Assembly (NCBI GenBank): GCA_018456245.1
Contig: JAGYHQ010000001.1
Span: 134,693-198,692 of the forward strand
Origin: Tenacibaculum sp.
Lineage (GTDB): Bacteria; Bacteroidota; Bacteroidia; Flavobacteriales; Flavobacteriaceae
Reading direction: 5' to 3'
Length of the DNA stretch: 64,000 nucleotides
Positions 31,226 to 42,475 of the stretch are shown here, in pieces; position 1 is the stretch's first letter, and the number at the start of each line of letters is the position of its first letter. Made by a program: the position numbers and the translations under genes. The notes under the pieces were generated by a model. It was not told the origin of the DNA. It did not search any database and worked only from the letters and a program-made list of their open reading frames with translations.

Positions 31226-32386
31226 TTACTTAACTGCCGGTTTATAATCTTTACCGTCAATTACTATTTTTGCGATAATTTCTTTTAAAATTTCAGATGT
31301 TCCTCCACCTATAGGTCCTAACCTACTATCTCTTAATAAACGCGCCATAGGATAATCTTCAACATACCCATACCCTCCTAATAATTGCAATGCCTCGTAA
31401 ATTACCTCATCCGCCATTTTAGTTGATAATAATTTACTCATAGTTGCTTCTTTCACCACATAAACTCCGTCATTTAATCGTTTTGCTATTGAGTAATTAT
31501 ACTCCTTACACATATCAACCTTACTCGCCATTTCAGCCACCTTATGACGTAAGGCTTGAAATTTATTTATTTTTCTACCAAACGCCTCTCTTTCATTCAT
31601 ATATTGTATTGCATATTCCAAAGCATATTCAGCACGTGCGTGAGCATTAACACCCATAACCAAACGTTCTAAAGCAAAATGTTGCATTATATATGGAAAC
31701 CCCTTTCCTTCTTCACCCATTAAATTTTCAGCAGGAATTACAACATTGTCAAAAGATATTTCAGCAGTATCAGAAGCTCTCCACCCTAATTTGTTTAATT
31801 TTGTAGAAGATATTCCTTTTGTATTATTGTCAACTATAAAAATACTAATTCCTGAATGTTTTTCCTCTAAATTTGTTTTTGCAGCTACTATTAAATAATC
31901 AGCATAAACCCCGTTAGTAATAAATGTTTTTGAGCCATTAATTATGTAAGTATCTCCTTTTTTTACTGCGGTAGTTTTAATACCGGCAACATCACTTCCT
32001 GCAAAAGGCTCAGTTATACACAATGCACCTATTTTGTTTCCCTCAATACTTGGAGTTAAATATTCTTTTTTTATACAGTCATCTCCTTCTTTGTTAACGT
32101 GTGTCATTGCCAAATAAGTATGAGCCCACATTGCTGCCGCAAATCCTCCTGAATTAATACGTTGTAATTCTTCTAAAAATATAACTGTATAAAATAAATC
32201 TAAGTTTAATCCTCCATATTCTTCAGGTTGATTTAACCCAAAATATCCCATTTCACCAAATTTATTCCATATAAAACGTTCTATTGTTCCTGTTTTTTCC
32301 CATTTTTCAATGTGAGGAACAACTTCTTTTTGTAAAAAATCTCTAAAACTTAAGCGAAATGCGTTGTGTTCTTCTGTAAAGTACAT
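31226..32386 (-). CDS. Acyl-CoA dehydrogenase
   Basis: ALCITEPFAGSDV, GSKTFITNG, QLLGGYGY and IGGGTSEI motifs. Confidence 0.95.
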   Translation of the reverse strand: MYFTEEHNAFRLSFRDFLQKEVVPHIEKWEKTGTIERFIWNKFGEMGYFGLNQPEEYGGLNLDLFYTVIFLEELQRINSGGFAAAMWAHTYLAMTHVNKEGDDCIKKEYLTPSIEGNKIGALCITEPFAGSDVAGIKTTAVKKGDTYIINGSKTFITNGVYADYLIVAAKTNLEEKHSGISIFIVDNNTKGISSTKLNKLGWRASDTAEISFDNVVIPAENLMGEEGKGFPYIMQHFALERLVMGVNAHARAEYALEYAIQYMNEREAFGRKINKFQALRHKVAEMASKVDMCKEYNYSIAKRLNDGVYVVKEATMSKLLSTKMADEVIYEALQLLGGYGYVEDYPMARLLRDSRLGPIGGGTSEILKEIIAKIVIDGKDYKPAVK

Positions 32387-32415
32387 ATTTATAAATGTTA
32401 AATCTTGGATAATAT

Positions 32416-33303
32416 TTATTTAGCCTCCAAATATAAGATTATTCTGTCGTATTTATCTAAAGGAAACCCTTCTATATTTTTTAATTCTGATATATTTTGA
32501 AGTTCAGCCACTTCATCACGATAATTAAAAATCTTTTTACACAGGCTATAATCTATATACGGATTTTTCAACACCTCTTTAAAAGCAGCTGTGTTTACGT
32601 TAATTTTTTTAATAGTTGGTTTTTCAACTATTTTAAATTTTTCTAATATTTTTTTCACAACTGTCTTGTCAATGTTCCAAATTTCATAAAGTTGATAATC
32701 GTATGTAAACCCCTGTAATCTATTTCTATAATTTATTATTCTTTTTGAAAACGCGTCTCCAACTCCTTTTATGGTTTTAAAATCTTCAAAAGTTGCTTTA
32801 TTTATATCAGTAGTGGTTACTTTTTGAGAGTACACCTCTTTTTTAGATGCGTTGACAGCATTCAATTTTTTAACTTTATTCTGCTGTTTTACCCAATTCG
32901 GAAATTTAAAATATAAAGAAATTTTATTTAATAAACTGTCGGACACCCCTGTTACTCGTTGAAAATCAGAGATAGAATTAATCCATTTATTTTGTTTTCT
33001 ATATTTATGTAATCGGTTAATTTCTTCAACTGACATTCCTAATTGAAATCCTTTAAAATCAGTAATATAATTAGGATTAAAAGGAAATATTTTAGTTTTT
33101 AAAGATTTAGTTTTTATCTTTTTTAAACTATCAATTCTTTTTTGAAATACAGCTAATTCATTAGGTTTTATTCCCTTATTTTCATTTGATGAAAAATCAA
33201 CAAAAAAATAAATACCCTGAAAAACAACAATTAAAAATATTAAGAATAAAATTCCGCTTCGTTGATTTTTATTATACCATAAACGGAATTTTATATTTTC
33301 CAT
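32416..33303 (-). CDS. ComEA-like helix-hairpin-helix DNA-binding membrane protein
   Basis: N-terminal TM segment, FPFNPNYI, and DINKAT...IKGVG and INVNTA HhH repeats. Confidence 0.8.
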   Translation of the reverse strand: MENIKFRLWYNKNQRSGILFLIFLIVVFQGIYFFVDFSSNENKGIKPNELAVFQKRIDSLKKIKTKSLKTKIFPFNPNYITDFKGFQLGMSVEEINRLHKYRKQNKWINSISDFQRVTGVSDSLLNKISLYFKFPNWVKQQNKVKKLNAVNASKKEVYSQKVTTTDINKATFEDFKTIKGVGDAFSKRIINYRNRLQGFTYDYQLYEIWNIDKTVVKKILEKFKIVEKPTIKKINVNTAAFKEVLKNPYIDYSLCKKIFNYRDEVAELQNISELKNIEGFPLDKYDRIILYLEAK

Positions 33304-33312
33304 TACAAATTA

Positions 33313-34842
33313 TTATTTTACACCTTTTACTGCTTCTAAATATCTATTTAATTCTTCCTTAACTTTAGGGTATAAAAAGAACATACCTATTATATTAGGT
33401 ACAGCCATTGCAAAAATCATTGCATCTGAAAAATCAGTCACAGCTCCTAAACTTACAGAAGAACCTACGATTGTAAATGTACAAAATAATATTTTATACA
33501 CATAAATAACTGGTTTTGAACGCCCAAATAAGAACATCCAACCTTGTAAACCGTAATACGACCACGACAGTATTGTTGAAAAGGCAAATAACACAACTGC
33601 CAATGTTAAAATATAAGTAAACCAAGGTAATACAGACGCAAAAGCCTTTGAAGTTGCTAATACTCCATCTGGTGATTTCATTCCATAAGTCATAATACTC
33701 CCATCTGAATTTGCTATTATAATAACCAATGCAGTCATAGTACATACAATAACAGTATCTATAAATGGCTCTAACAAAGCCACTAAACCTTCTGATACGG
33801 GATATTTTGTTTTAACCGCAGAATGTGCAATAGCTGCCGACCCCACCCCTGCTTCATTTGAAAATGCAGCTCTTTTAAACCCTTGTATTAACACACCTAA
33901 AAAGCCCCCTGTAATTCCTTCAGGACTAAAGGCTCCGTTAAATATTTGACCAAATGCATTTCCTATATGAGAATAGTTAACTACCAAAATTACAATTGCA
34001 GCTACAAGATATACCCCTACCATGAAAGGAACAATTTTTTCAGTAAAACTACCTATTCTTTTAATTCCTCCTATAATTACAACACCCACTAAAACAGCCA
34101 TTACAATTCCAAAAATAAACGAATAGGTAGGTGATTTTAAACCTGCCATATCAGTAAATTGTTGTGCCGCTTGATTTGCCTGAAACATATTTCCTCCTCC
34201 AAATGATCCGCCAACAACTAAAATAGCAAACATTGGGGCTAATATTTTCCCCAAAGTTCCTTTACCTACATCAGCCAATCCTTTTTTAAGGTAATACATT
34301 GGCCCTCCGTACACTTTCCCGTCTTTACATACATCTCTATATTTTACCCCCAAAGTACACTCTACAAATTTTGACGACATACCCAACAAACCTGCAATAA
34401 TCATCCAAAAAGTAGCGCCTGGTCCACCTAATGACAATGCCACAGCAACACCCGATATATTACCCAAACCAACAGTTCCTGACAAAGCAGATGTTAATGC
34501 TTGAAAATGGGAAACTTCCCCCTCTTTTTGCTTTCCTGCTTTAACATACTCATCATCTAAATCATCATATTTACCTTTTAAAATATTTATAGATATAGGA
34601 AGTTTACCAACATTCACAAATTTGAATAACACTGTAAATATCAACCCTGCCAATAACAATAATACAACAACCAAAGGAATATAAACACCTTCTGAAACCT
34701 CTACCGAATAAAAAACAAAACCTCCCCACTTATCTGCAAGTGGTTGAAATTCTTTATTAATTTTTTCTGCTATTCCCTCTTCTTGTGCAAATATTACCGT
34801 TGACGTTACTGTAAACAATAATGTTAAAAGCAATTTAGTCAT
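33313..34842 (-). CDS. Alanine/glycine:cation symporter (AGCS family)
   Basis: SHFQAL..ALSGTVGLGNI, GGPMYY and FSNEAGVGS motifs. Confidence 0.92.
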   Translation of the reverse strand: MTKLLLTLLFTVTSTVIFAQEEGIAEKINKEFQPLADKWGGFVFYSVEVSEGVYIPLVVVLLLLAGLIFTVLFKFVNVGKLPISINILKGKYDDLDDEYVKAGKQKEGEVSHFQALTSALSGTVGLGNISGVAVALSLGGPGATFWMIIAGLLGMSSKFVECTLGVKYRDVCKDGKVYGGPMYYLKKGLADVGKGTLGKILAPMFAILVVGGSFGGGNMFQANQAAQQFTDMAGLKSPTYSFIFGIVMAVLVGVVIIGGIKRIGSFTEKIVPFMVGVYLVAAIVILVVNYSHIGNAFGQIFNGAFSPEGITGGFLGVLIQGFKRAAFSNEAGVGSAAIAHSAVKTKYPVSEGLVALLEPFIDTVIVCTMTALVIIIANSDGSIMTYGMKSPDGVLATSKAFASVLPWFTYILTLAVVLFAFSTILSWSYYGLQGWMFLFGRSKPVIYVYKILFCTFTIVGSSVSLGAVTDFSDAMIFAMAVPNIIGMFFLYPKVKEELNRYLEAVKGVK

Positions 34843-34950
34843 AATTTATGTATAATTATTTTTCACATTGACGCGCAATATCTTAAAACTATACATTTTT
34901 ACAAAATTTTTAACATTAAATATGAGATTTATTTAAAAAAAATGGTATTT

Positions 34951-35952
34951 TTAAAACAATTCTCTTAATTTACTAATCTGTTCGGAACGTCCTAATACAA
35001 TTAAAAAAGAATCTTCTACTAATTTTGTATTAGCTTCTGGGTTAATAATATAATCGGCATTTGGAGTTTTATAGCCAATTACGGTACAGCCTGTTTTTCT
35101 ACGTAAGTCTAAATCTAAAATAGTTTTATGAAGATAAAATTCGGGTAAATCATTAACCTCTATTTCTTCAAGGTTAGTTGTTGTTTCTCCTGAAATTGTA
35201 AGCCTATCAACAAACTCAATAACATCAGGTGTTACTACTAATGACGCCATATGTTCTCCTCCTAATTTATCAGGCATAATTACATTGTCAGCACCTGCAA
35301 ATTTTAATTTTTGATAAGAACTTTCTTTAGATGCTCTACTAATTATTTTACAATTTTTATTTAACTGACTTGCTGATAAAACTACAAACAAATTATCAGC
35401 ATCAGAAGGTAATGCTGTAATTAAATTATCTGCTTTTTTAATTCCTGCCTCCAACAAAGTTTCATCAGTAGTTGCATCACCGTATAAACATAAAATATCT
35501 TCTAACTCTAACTTTTTTATGAGTTCCTTATCCTGTTCAATCACTATTATGTTTTTATTGTAATTTCTAAGCCTGTTTACTGCCTGAATACCATTTCTAC
35601 CAAAACCACATATTATAGTATGATTTTGTAATTCCTTAATTTTCTTTTGTGCTTTTTTCATTTTTATTTGTTGAACAAATTGACCACTAACTAATAACTC
35701 CGTAAAAACAGAGATGAAATAACCAAATATAGTTACACTCATTAATATTAATAAAATTGTAAACAAACGCCCTCCTGAACTTAAATCAGTAACCTCTCCA
35801 AAACCAACGGTTGACATAGTGATAATGGTCATATATAAAGCATCTATAAAACTTAAGTTAGATATTAACATATAACCAACCACCCCCATTACTACAACCA
35901 ACAATAGTAGTATTAAGGCTTTATAAAATTTTGAGTTTACAATTCTTATCAT
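34951..35952 (-). CDS. Potassium channel protein with RCK (TrkA-N/TrkA-C) domains
   Basis: Pore motif TMSTVGFG, IICGFGRNG Rossmann motif, and C-terminal TrkA-C domain. Confidence 0.9.
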   Translation of the reverse strand: MIRIVNSKFYKALILLLLVVVMGVVGYMLISNLSFIDALYMTIITMSTVGFGEVTDLSSGGRLFTILLILMSVTIFGYFISVFTELLVSGQFVQQIKMKKAQKKIKELQNHTIICGFGRNGIQAVNRLRNYNKNIIVIEQDKELIKKLELEDILCLYGDATTDETLLEAGIKKADNLITALPSDADNLFVVLSASQLNKNCKIISRASKESSYQKLKFAGADNVIMPDKLGGEHMASLVVTPDVIEFVDRLTISGETTTNLEEIEVNDLPEFYLHKTILDLDLRRKTGCTVIGYKTPNADYIINPEANTKLVEDSFLIVLGRSEQISKLRELF

Positions 35953-35972
35953 AAATTAAATAACTAAATTCT

Positions 35973-35980
35973 CAAATGTA
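35973..35980 (-). promoter_or_regulatory. -7 element (TACATTTG) for the K+ channel gene
   Basis: TAnnTTTG match about 20 nt upstream of the ATG. Confidence 0.5.
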
Positions 35981-36015
35981 ACACAATAGATAAAAACCTA
36001 CCAAATTAAATTCAG

Positions 36016-36023
36016 TAAATTTG
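36016..36023 (+). promoter_or_regulatory. -7 element (TAAATTTG) for uvrA
   Basis: TAnnTTTG match; it contains the TTG that the ORF track used as a start. Confidence 0.55.
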
Positions 36024-36047
36024 CTTTTTTATACAAAATTTTTCATT

Positions 36048-38867
36048 TTGAAACAACAAGAATACATAGAAGTTTACGGAGCAAGGGTACACAATTTAAA
36101 AAATATTGATGTAAAAATACCTCGTGAAAAATTGGTTGTAATTACTGGTTTAAGCGGAAGTGGAAAATCTTCATTAGCTTTTGACACCATTTACGCCGAG
36201 GGGCAACGCCGATATATTGAAACTTTCTCTGCTTATGCTCGTCAGTTTTTAGGAGGATTAGAACGCCCTGATGTTGATAAAATTGACGGACTTTCCCCTG
36301 TTATTTCCATTGAACAGAAAACTACAAATAAAAATCCACGTTCAACCGTTGGAACAATTACCGAAATATATGATTTTTTACGTTTGTTATTTGCTCGTGC
36401 TTCTGATGCATACTCGTACGAAACCAATGAAAAAATGGTTATTTATTCTGATGAGCAAATAAAAAAACTAATTCTAAAAGATTATGATGATAAAAAAATT
36501 GTAATACTTGCACCTTTAATAAAATCAAGAAAAGGGCATTATCGTGAACTTTTTGAGCAAATTGCAAAACAAGGCTTTTTACGAGTTCGTGTAAACGGAG
36601 AAATTAAAGAGATTGAAAAAGGAATGAAGTTAGACCGTTACAAAACCCACGATATTGAAGTGGTTATTGACCGATTACACATAAATAAATCAATTGAAAA
36701 ACGCCTTGAAGAAACTATAAAAACAGCTCTTTATACTGGCGAAAATATTTTAATGGTTATTGATGTAGATAGCCAAAAACCTCGTTATTTCAGCCGTGAG
36801 TTAATGTGTCCTACCTCAGGAATTGCATACCAAAACCCTGAGCCAAACACATTTTCATTCAATTCGCCAAAAGGAGCTTGTACCAAGTGTAACGGATTAG
36901 GAGTAACAAGTGAAATAAACTTAAAAAAGGTTATTCCTGATGATAATATTTCTATTAAAAAAGGAGGAATTGCACCATTAGGAGAACAAAAAAGTAACTG
37001 GATTTTTAAACAATTACAAAATATAGCCGAACGATATAATTTTAAACTTACTGACCCTATTAACAAAATTCCTAAAAAGGCATTAGACATAATTTTAAAT
37101 GGAGGTAATGAAACATTTAAAATTGAATCAAAAATTGCAGGGATAAACAAAGATTGTGAAATTGATTTTGAAGGTATTAATTCCTTTATTGAAAACCAAT
37201 ACAAAAATACTGATAGTTCTTCGATAAAACGTTGGGCAAAAGATTTTATGGACGATGTTGTTTGCACAAAATGTAACGGAAATCGCCTAAAAAAAGAAAG
37301 CCTTTATTTTAAAATTGACGATAAAAACATAAGCGAATTAGCTAAAATGGATATAAATGAACTAAGAAATTGGTTCAAAAATATTGAAAAAAGACTATCA
37401 AAAAAACAAATAGAAATTGCATCAGAAATTTTAAAAGAAATCCGTACAAGAATTCAGTTTTTGTTAGATGTAGGTTTAGATTATTTAACGCTTGATAGAA
37501 CATCAAAATCACTTTCAGGTGGCGAAGCTCAACGTATTCGTTTGGCAACACAAATCGGTTCTCAACTTGTTGGGGTTTTATATATTTTAGACGAGCCTAG
37601 CATTGGTTTACATCAAAGAGATAATCAAAAATTAATTGATAGTTTATTAAAATTAAGAGATATAGGAAACTCAGTTTTAGTTGTTGAACACGATGCCGAT
37701 ATGATAAAAAAAGCCGATTTTGTGTTGGATATTGGCGAAGGAGCAGGAAAATATGGTGGTAAAATTGTAAGTAAAGGAACATTTAAGGAATTACTAAAAC
37801 AAAACACATTAACTACCGATTATCTTTCAGGAAGACGAAAAATTGAAGTTCCAAAAACACGTCGTAAGGGTAACGGAAACTCAATAAAATTAATTGGTGC
37901 AACGGGCAATAACTTAAAAAATGTTTCTGTTGAATTTCCTCTTGGTAAAATGATTTGTGTTACTGGCGTTTCAGGAAGTGGAAAATCAACCTTAATTAAT
38001 GAAACCCTGTACCGTATTTTAAATCAGCATATTTACAAAGCTGTAAAAAAACCTATGCCTTACAAAAAAATTGAAGGTTTAGAATATGTAGATAAAGTTA
38101 TTGATATAGACCAATCGCCTATCGGAAGAACTCCACGTTCTAACCCTGCGACATATACTGGTGTTTTTAGTGAAATTAGAGCATTATTTGCTAAAACCCC
38201 CGAGGCATCTATACGAGGTTATAAATTAGGTAGATTTTCTTTTAACGTTAAAGGAGGACGTTGTGAAACTTGCAAAGGTGGTGGAGTTAAAGTAATTGAA
38301 ATGAACTTTTTACCCGATGTACACGTAGAGTGTGAAACCTGCCAAGGAAAGCGTTTTAATCGTGAAACTTTAGAAATTCGGTATAAAGGAAAATCAATTT
38401 CTGACGTATTAAATATGACTATTGAAGATGCTGTTATTTTCTTTGAACAAATACCTAAAATTCACAGAAAATTAAAAACAATTAAAGATGTTGGTTTGGG
38501 GTATATTACTTTAGGTCAACAATCTACAACACTTTCTGGTGGCGAGGCTCAACGAATAAAATTAGCATCTGAACTTTCAAAACGAGATACGGGAAATACT
38601 TTTTATATACTTGACGAGCCTACAACAGGCTTGCATTTTGAAGATATAAACGTACTAATGAAAGTATTAAATAAACTAACCGATAAAGGAAATACCGTAT
38701 TAATAATTGAGCACAATATGGACGTTATAAAACTTGCTGACCATATTATTGATATTGGTATGGAAGGCGGTAAAGGTGGTGGTAAAGTATTAATTACAGG
38801 AACTCCTGAGGAAGTTGCTAAGCATAAAAAAAGTTATACGGCGAAATTTTTGAAAGAAGAATTATAA
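36048..38867 (+). CDS. uvrA: Excinuclease ABC subunit A
   Basis: GARVHNLKN, two Walker A motifs (GLSGSGKSS, GVSGSGKST), two LSGGEAQRI signatures and zinc fingers. Start placed at TTG 36048 (MKQQEYI). Confidence 0.98.
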   Translation: MKQQEYIEVYGARVHNLKNIDVKIPREKLVVITGLSGSGKSSLAFDTIYAEGQRRYIETFSAYARQFLGGLERPDVDKIDGLSPVISIEQKTTNKNPRSTVGTITEIYDFLRLLFARASDAYSYETNEKMVIYSDEQIKKLILKDYDDKKIVILAPLIKSRKGHYRELFEQIAKQGFLRVRVNGEIKEIEKGMKLDRYKTHDIEVVIDRLHINKSIEKRLEETIKTALYTGENILMVIDVDSQKPRYFSRELMCPTSGIAYQNPEPNTFSFNSPKGACTKCNGLGVTSEINLKKVIPDDNISIKKGGIAPLGEQKSNWIFKQLQNIAERYNFKLTDPINKIPKKALDIILNGGNETFKIESKIAGINKDCEIDFEGINSFIENQYKNTDSSSIKRWAKDFMDDVVCTKCNGNRLKKESLYFKIDDKNISELAKMDINELRNWFKNIEKRLSKKQIEIASEILKEIRTRIQFLLDVGLDYLTLDRTSKSLSGGEAQRIRLATQIGSQLVGVLYILDEPSIGLHQRDNQKLIDSLLKLRDIGNSVLVVEHDADMIKKADFVLDIGEGAGKYGGKIVSKGTFKELLKQNTLTTDYLSGRRKIEVPKTRRKGNGNSIKLIGATGNNLKNVSVEFPLGKMICVTGVSGSGKSTLINETLYRILNQHIYKAVKKPMPYKKIEGLEYVDKVIDIDQSPIGRTPRSNPATYTGVFSEIRALFAKTPEASIRGYKLGRFSFNVKGGRCETCKGGGVKVIEMNFLPDVHVECETCQGKRFNRETLEIRYKGKSISDVLNMTIEDAVIFFEQIPKIHRKLKTIKDVGLGYITLGQQSTTLSGGEAQRIKLASELSKRDTGNTFYILDEPTTGLHFEDINVLMKVLNKLTDKGNTVLIIEHNMDVIKLADHIIDIGMEGGKGGGKVLITGTPEEVAKHKKSYTAKFLKEEL

Positions 38868-38870
38868 AAA

Positions 38871-38907
38871 TAATCCTCTATAACAATATTAATTTTATAG
38901 AGGATTA
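38871..38907. terminator. Bidirectional terminator between uvrA and the ABC cassette
   Basis: taatcctctataa / ttatagaggatta inverted repeat. Confidence 0.7.
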
Positions 38908-38921
38908 AAAAAATTAGTCTA

Positions 38922-40346
38922 TTAATTATTATTTAATTTCTTAACTCCTATAACAAACATTAATATTGTCATTATCAATAGTAACAAAACAGAACTAATT
39001 AAAGTTCTGTTAGAATAATTGTTAAAATTGGTATTTGTATTAAACCTTGGTATTTTATTTGATAATTCATGATCAAATGTAGTTTTAGAATAAGAAATAT
39101 TAATATAAAAATCTTTTAAAATTTCTCTGAAATTATTTACATTACTATCAAATTTTTTATACTGTAAAGTATGAGTTCCTGTAATATAATTGGCTTGCTC
39201 CTGTAACAATAAAGCAGGACTTAAATACATAAAATTAGAGATAATATTTTGTTGTTTTTCTAGCTGTTTTTCTAGTTTTTTCTCTAAAGGATTAATCATA
39301 TTATCAATCTTCTTTATTTTTTCAAACTTACTTATATTATATTCTCTAACACTAATTTCCTTACTATTTTTACTTAATTCAGGGTGGTCATAAATAAATT
39401 TTTCTAATGTTTTAACCACTTCTTTCTCAATAATTTCTAAAGCATTTCTTTTTTCATTTATCAAAGTTACTCTTGAAGGCATTGGATATAATTTTTCTGT
39501 AACAACCTGTATTACACTAGGTACTAAAAGCATCGTTACTAACCACAAAGTCACTAAAAAAGAAACATTATAGTTTGATGATTTAAAGAAACTATTAATT
39601 AAAAATGACAAAGAAAACCACAGTAAAAAATAGAGATTAACAAGTATAAAAATCCATAAAAAATTTATAGATAAAATAATTTCTACGCTTATTGTTGTAA
39701 GAAATAAAACAACAATGAGCCAATAAGTTCCTGTAAATATTGAAAGCCTTAAAAACAGTTTATAAAATATAAATTTTGATAATTTTATATTAGAAATATT
39801 AATAACCTTTAAAGTACCTTGTTCTTTTTCTGATGATAAAATATTAAAAGAAAGGGCTATAATTATAAGAGGCAATAAATATATTGTTACAAAAAATAAA
39901 TCAAAATTACCTAAAAATTGAAGCACACCATTATTAATTTCAGATTCATGTATTAATGCTTGTTTTTTATTAGGTGATACCTTGTAATAATACGGTAATA
40001 AATCACTTTGCCCTACATTTAATATTTGTAAAGGAGAAGGTTTTTTTACAGCAAAACCACTTCCCATTTCTCTTGCTACTGTATAAATATTTGTAGGATT
40101 TTGCCATTTAGGACCATTAAAAAAACCATTATTTTTTTCTATTTTTTGTAAGTCTTTTTGAAAAGTTTGAAAATCCTTTTTTTCAAGTAACTCTATATCA
40201 GATATATTTTTTAAAATTTTATTATATCTAATTTGTCCAAATTTTAAAGAAGAAAAAATAAATGTTCCCATTACAATTAATAGTATAACAAATATTTTAT
40301 TTCTGTATAAAATTTTAAAATCGTGTAAGAATATATTTTTAATCAT
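38922..40346 (-). CDS. ABC-2-type transporter permease (DUF3526-like), subunit 2
   Basis: N-terminal TM, large extracytoplasmic loop, GQSDLLP, SSEKEQGTL and LPLIIIALSFN. Confidence 0.75.
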   Translation of the reverse strand: MIKNIFLHDFKILYRNKIFVILLIVMGTFIFSSLKFGQIRYNKILKNISDIELLEKKDFQTFQKDLQKIEKNNGFFNGPKWQNPTNIYTVAREMGSGFAVKKPSPLQILNVGQSDLLPYYYKVSPNKKQALIHESEINNGVLQFLGNFDLFFVTIYLLPLIIIALSFNILSSEKEQGTLKVINISNIKLSKFIFYKLFLRLSIFTGTYWLIVVLFLTTISVEIILSINFLWIFILVNLYFLLWFSLSFLINSFFKSSNYNVSFLVTLWLVTMLLVPSVIQVVTEKLYPMPSRVTLINEKRNALEIIEKEVVKTLEKFIYDHPELSKNSKEISVREYNISKFEKIKKIDNMINPLEKKLEKQLEKQQNIISNFMYLSPALLLQEQANYITGTHTLQYKKFDSNVNNFREILKDFYINISYSKTTFDHELSNKIPRFNTNTNFNNYSNRTLISSVLLLLIMTILMFVIGVKKLNNN

Positions 40347-41746
40347 TTTAAAACAGTGTTTTTGTTAATAATATTTAAAGAGAATACAGTTGATATGAAC
40401 AACCAAACCAATATAACAGCAATAGATAAGCCACTGTTTTTTAACCTACTAACCAAACTAAAAGTATTATGTTTAAATTGAGGTACAGATTTCCATAAAT
40501 TAATATTTGCTATACTGTTTTTCTCATAATAATCATTAATAATTTTTTGTATAATTCTTCTATGTTCTTCAGTTTTTTTTGTAAAACTTAAATGCGAGTT
40601 TAAATCGGTTCCTGCTATACTCATAGATAAATCTCTAAAAGCAATAAAAGGAGAAAAAACGGAACTGTATTTCACAAAAGCATTTTGTTTTTTAAAATTA
40701 TTAAAAACATCACCAAAGCATTTATCAAATATTTTAGCAGAATACTCCTCTGATTTTTGAATTCTATAACCCGAAAAGTTTATAGGTAATTCCTTCTCAC
40801 TTTTTACATTATATTTTTTCAAAACATCTTGTAACATTTTTTTACTTCTTTTTTTGTAAGTAGTTTTTCCGTCTAATCCATTCTGGCTATAATACTTAAC
40901 TTGCTCATCAAATTTTATAGATGTAATGTTAGGATAAATATTATTTGCTATTTCTGATGAAAATCTTGGAACTAAAAACACCCCTACTAACCAAAAAGCA
41001 ACTAATGTTATTAAAGAAGTAGAAGATTTTTTTAACCACAAAGAAATACTAATTCCAATTAATAATAATGAAGAATAAAACAATATTAAAAATAGAAATA
41101 AAGTAACAATATTAGCAAAAAAATCAATTACATTTTGCCCATAATTATTAATACAAAACATTAAAGCAGAAATAATTAATATAAAAGATACTACTACTAA
41201 AATTATTATAAATGTTGCTATAAACTTAGCTATAAATAAATGTTTTATATCTATCTTGGTACTTAAGAGCATTTTTATAGTTCCATTTTCCCATTCTTTT
41301 GAAAAAATACTATAGGTTAATACGAATATAAACAGGGGTATTATAAACTGTAATATATAACCTATGTTTAAAAAACCAAGCCTTCTTAAACTACTAGAAT
41401 CGTTAATTTCTTTTACTTTAACTTCCCCTTGTTTATGAGCTTCCATCCAGAAAACGGTTCCTAAATATTCATCTATTCCCCTTTCTAATGCACTCATTAA
41501 TGAAATAGGCTTAAACGCATAAAAACCATAATGAGCACCTGAATGAGGATTTTTTTCTCCCTGATTTACAAATTGCTCATAGCTCTCTTTTTGTGCCTTC
41601 CCAAACATATGAGAATGTGAGTTTAAATATAACTTACCATTATACAAAGCAATGACAGTTAAAAATATAATGATACCTAAGAAAAATAATATTCGTTTAT
41701 TCCTTACAATATCATTTAATTCTTTCTTAATAATGTATTTAATCAT
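40343..41746 (-). CDS. ABC-2-type transporter permease (DUF3526-like), subunit 1
   Basis: KNPHSGAHYG, MEAHKQ and KEWENGTIKML motifs; 4-nt overlap with the next gene. Confidence 0.75.
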   Translation of the reverse strand: MIKYIIKKELNDIVRNKRILFFLGIIIFLTVIALYNGKLYLNSHSHMFGKAQKESYEQFVNQGEKNPHSGAHYGFYAFKPISLMSALERGIDEYLGTVFWMEAHKQGEVKVKEINDSSSLRRLGFLNIGYILQFIIPLFIFVLTYSIFSKEWENGTIKMLLSTKIDIKHLFIAKFIATFIIILVVVSFILIISALMFCINNYGQNVIDFFANIVTLFLFLILFYSSLLLIGISISLWLKKSSTSLITLVAFWLVGVFLVPRFSSEIANNIYPNITSIKFDEQVKYYSQNGLDGKTTYKKRSKKMLQDVLKKYNVKSEKELPINFSGYRIQKSEEYSAKIFDKCFGDVFNNFKKQNAFVKYSSVFSPFIAFRDLSMSIAGTDLNSHLSFTKKTEEHRRIIQKIINDYYEKNSIANINLWKSVPQFKHNTFSLVSRLKNSGLSIAVILVWLFISTVFSLNIINKNTVLK

Positions 41747-41748
41747 AA

Positions 41749-42459
41749 CTAAATAATTAAAGATTTAACTTTATTTAAATACAATTTTTCTAATTCAGGG
41801 TAATCAATATCTTTTGTATCTACCTCTGCAGTAAGATTACCTTTGTGCATAATGCCAATTTTATGGCTTGTTTCTTTTGCCCTAAACAAATCATGAGTTG
41901 CCATTAAAATACTAACACCATTATTACTTAGTTCTGATATAATATTAGAGAACTCATTACTTGCCTGTGGATCTAACCCTGATGTAGGCTCATCTAAGAA
42001 CAAAACTTTTGTATTTTTAGCCAGTGCTATTGCAATACCTACTTTTTGTCTCATTCCTTTTGAATATCCTTCAACACGATTATTAATTAAGTTTTCACTT
42101 AATCCTGATTTTATCATAAAATCAATAAGTTCTAATTTAGAATAATTTAGTTTTGATAGATTACTAAAAAAAGTTAAATTCTCTAATCCTGTTAAGTTAG
42201 GATATAAATTAACTATTTCTGGGATATATGCTATTAGGCTTTTTATCTTTTCTTTTTCCTTTGCAACGTCTATACCGTTTATATAGACATTTCCTGATGT
42301 AGGTTTTATAAAACCTAAAAACATATTAATGGTAGTAGATTTACCTGCTCCGTTAGAACCTAACATACAATATATTTCTCCTTTTTTAATATGTAGGTTT
42401 AAATTATTTACAGCTGTAAAATCTCCATATTTTTTTACTACTTGTTCTGCTTTTATCAT
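41749..42459 (-). CDS. ABC transporter ATP-binding protein
   Basis: GSNGAGKST, YSKGMRQK signature variant, LDEPTSGLD and THD. Confidence 0.93.
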   Translation of the reverse strand: MIKAEQVVKKYGDFTAVNNLNLHIKKGEIYCMLGSNGAGKSTTINMFLGFIKPTSGNVYINGIDVAKEKEKIKSLIAYIPEIVNLYPNLTGLENLTFFSNLSKLNYSKLELIDFMIKSGLSENLINNRVEGYSKGMRQKVGIAIALAKNTKVLFLDEPTSGLDPQASNEFSNIISELSNNGVSILMATHDLFRAKETSHKIGIMHKGNLTAEVDTKDIDYPELEKLYLNKVKSLII

Positions 42460-42475
42460 AATATTTAATTTTTAT

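Noticed and set aside
32416-33303. ComEA-like gene as evidence for a competence system
   Set aside because: It is a single HhH protein common in this family, and no other competence genes are nearby.
36021-36047. ORF-track TTG starts at 36021 (uvrA) and 49204 (Cys-rich gene)
   Set aside because: Both TTGs are the end of TAnnTTTG promoter elements; downstream starts at 36048 and 49225 fit better.
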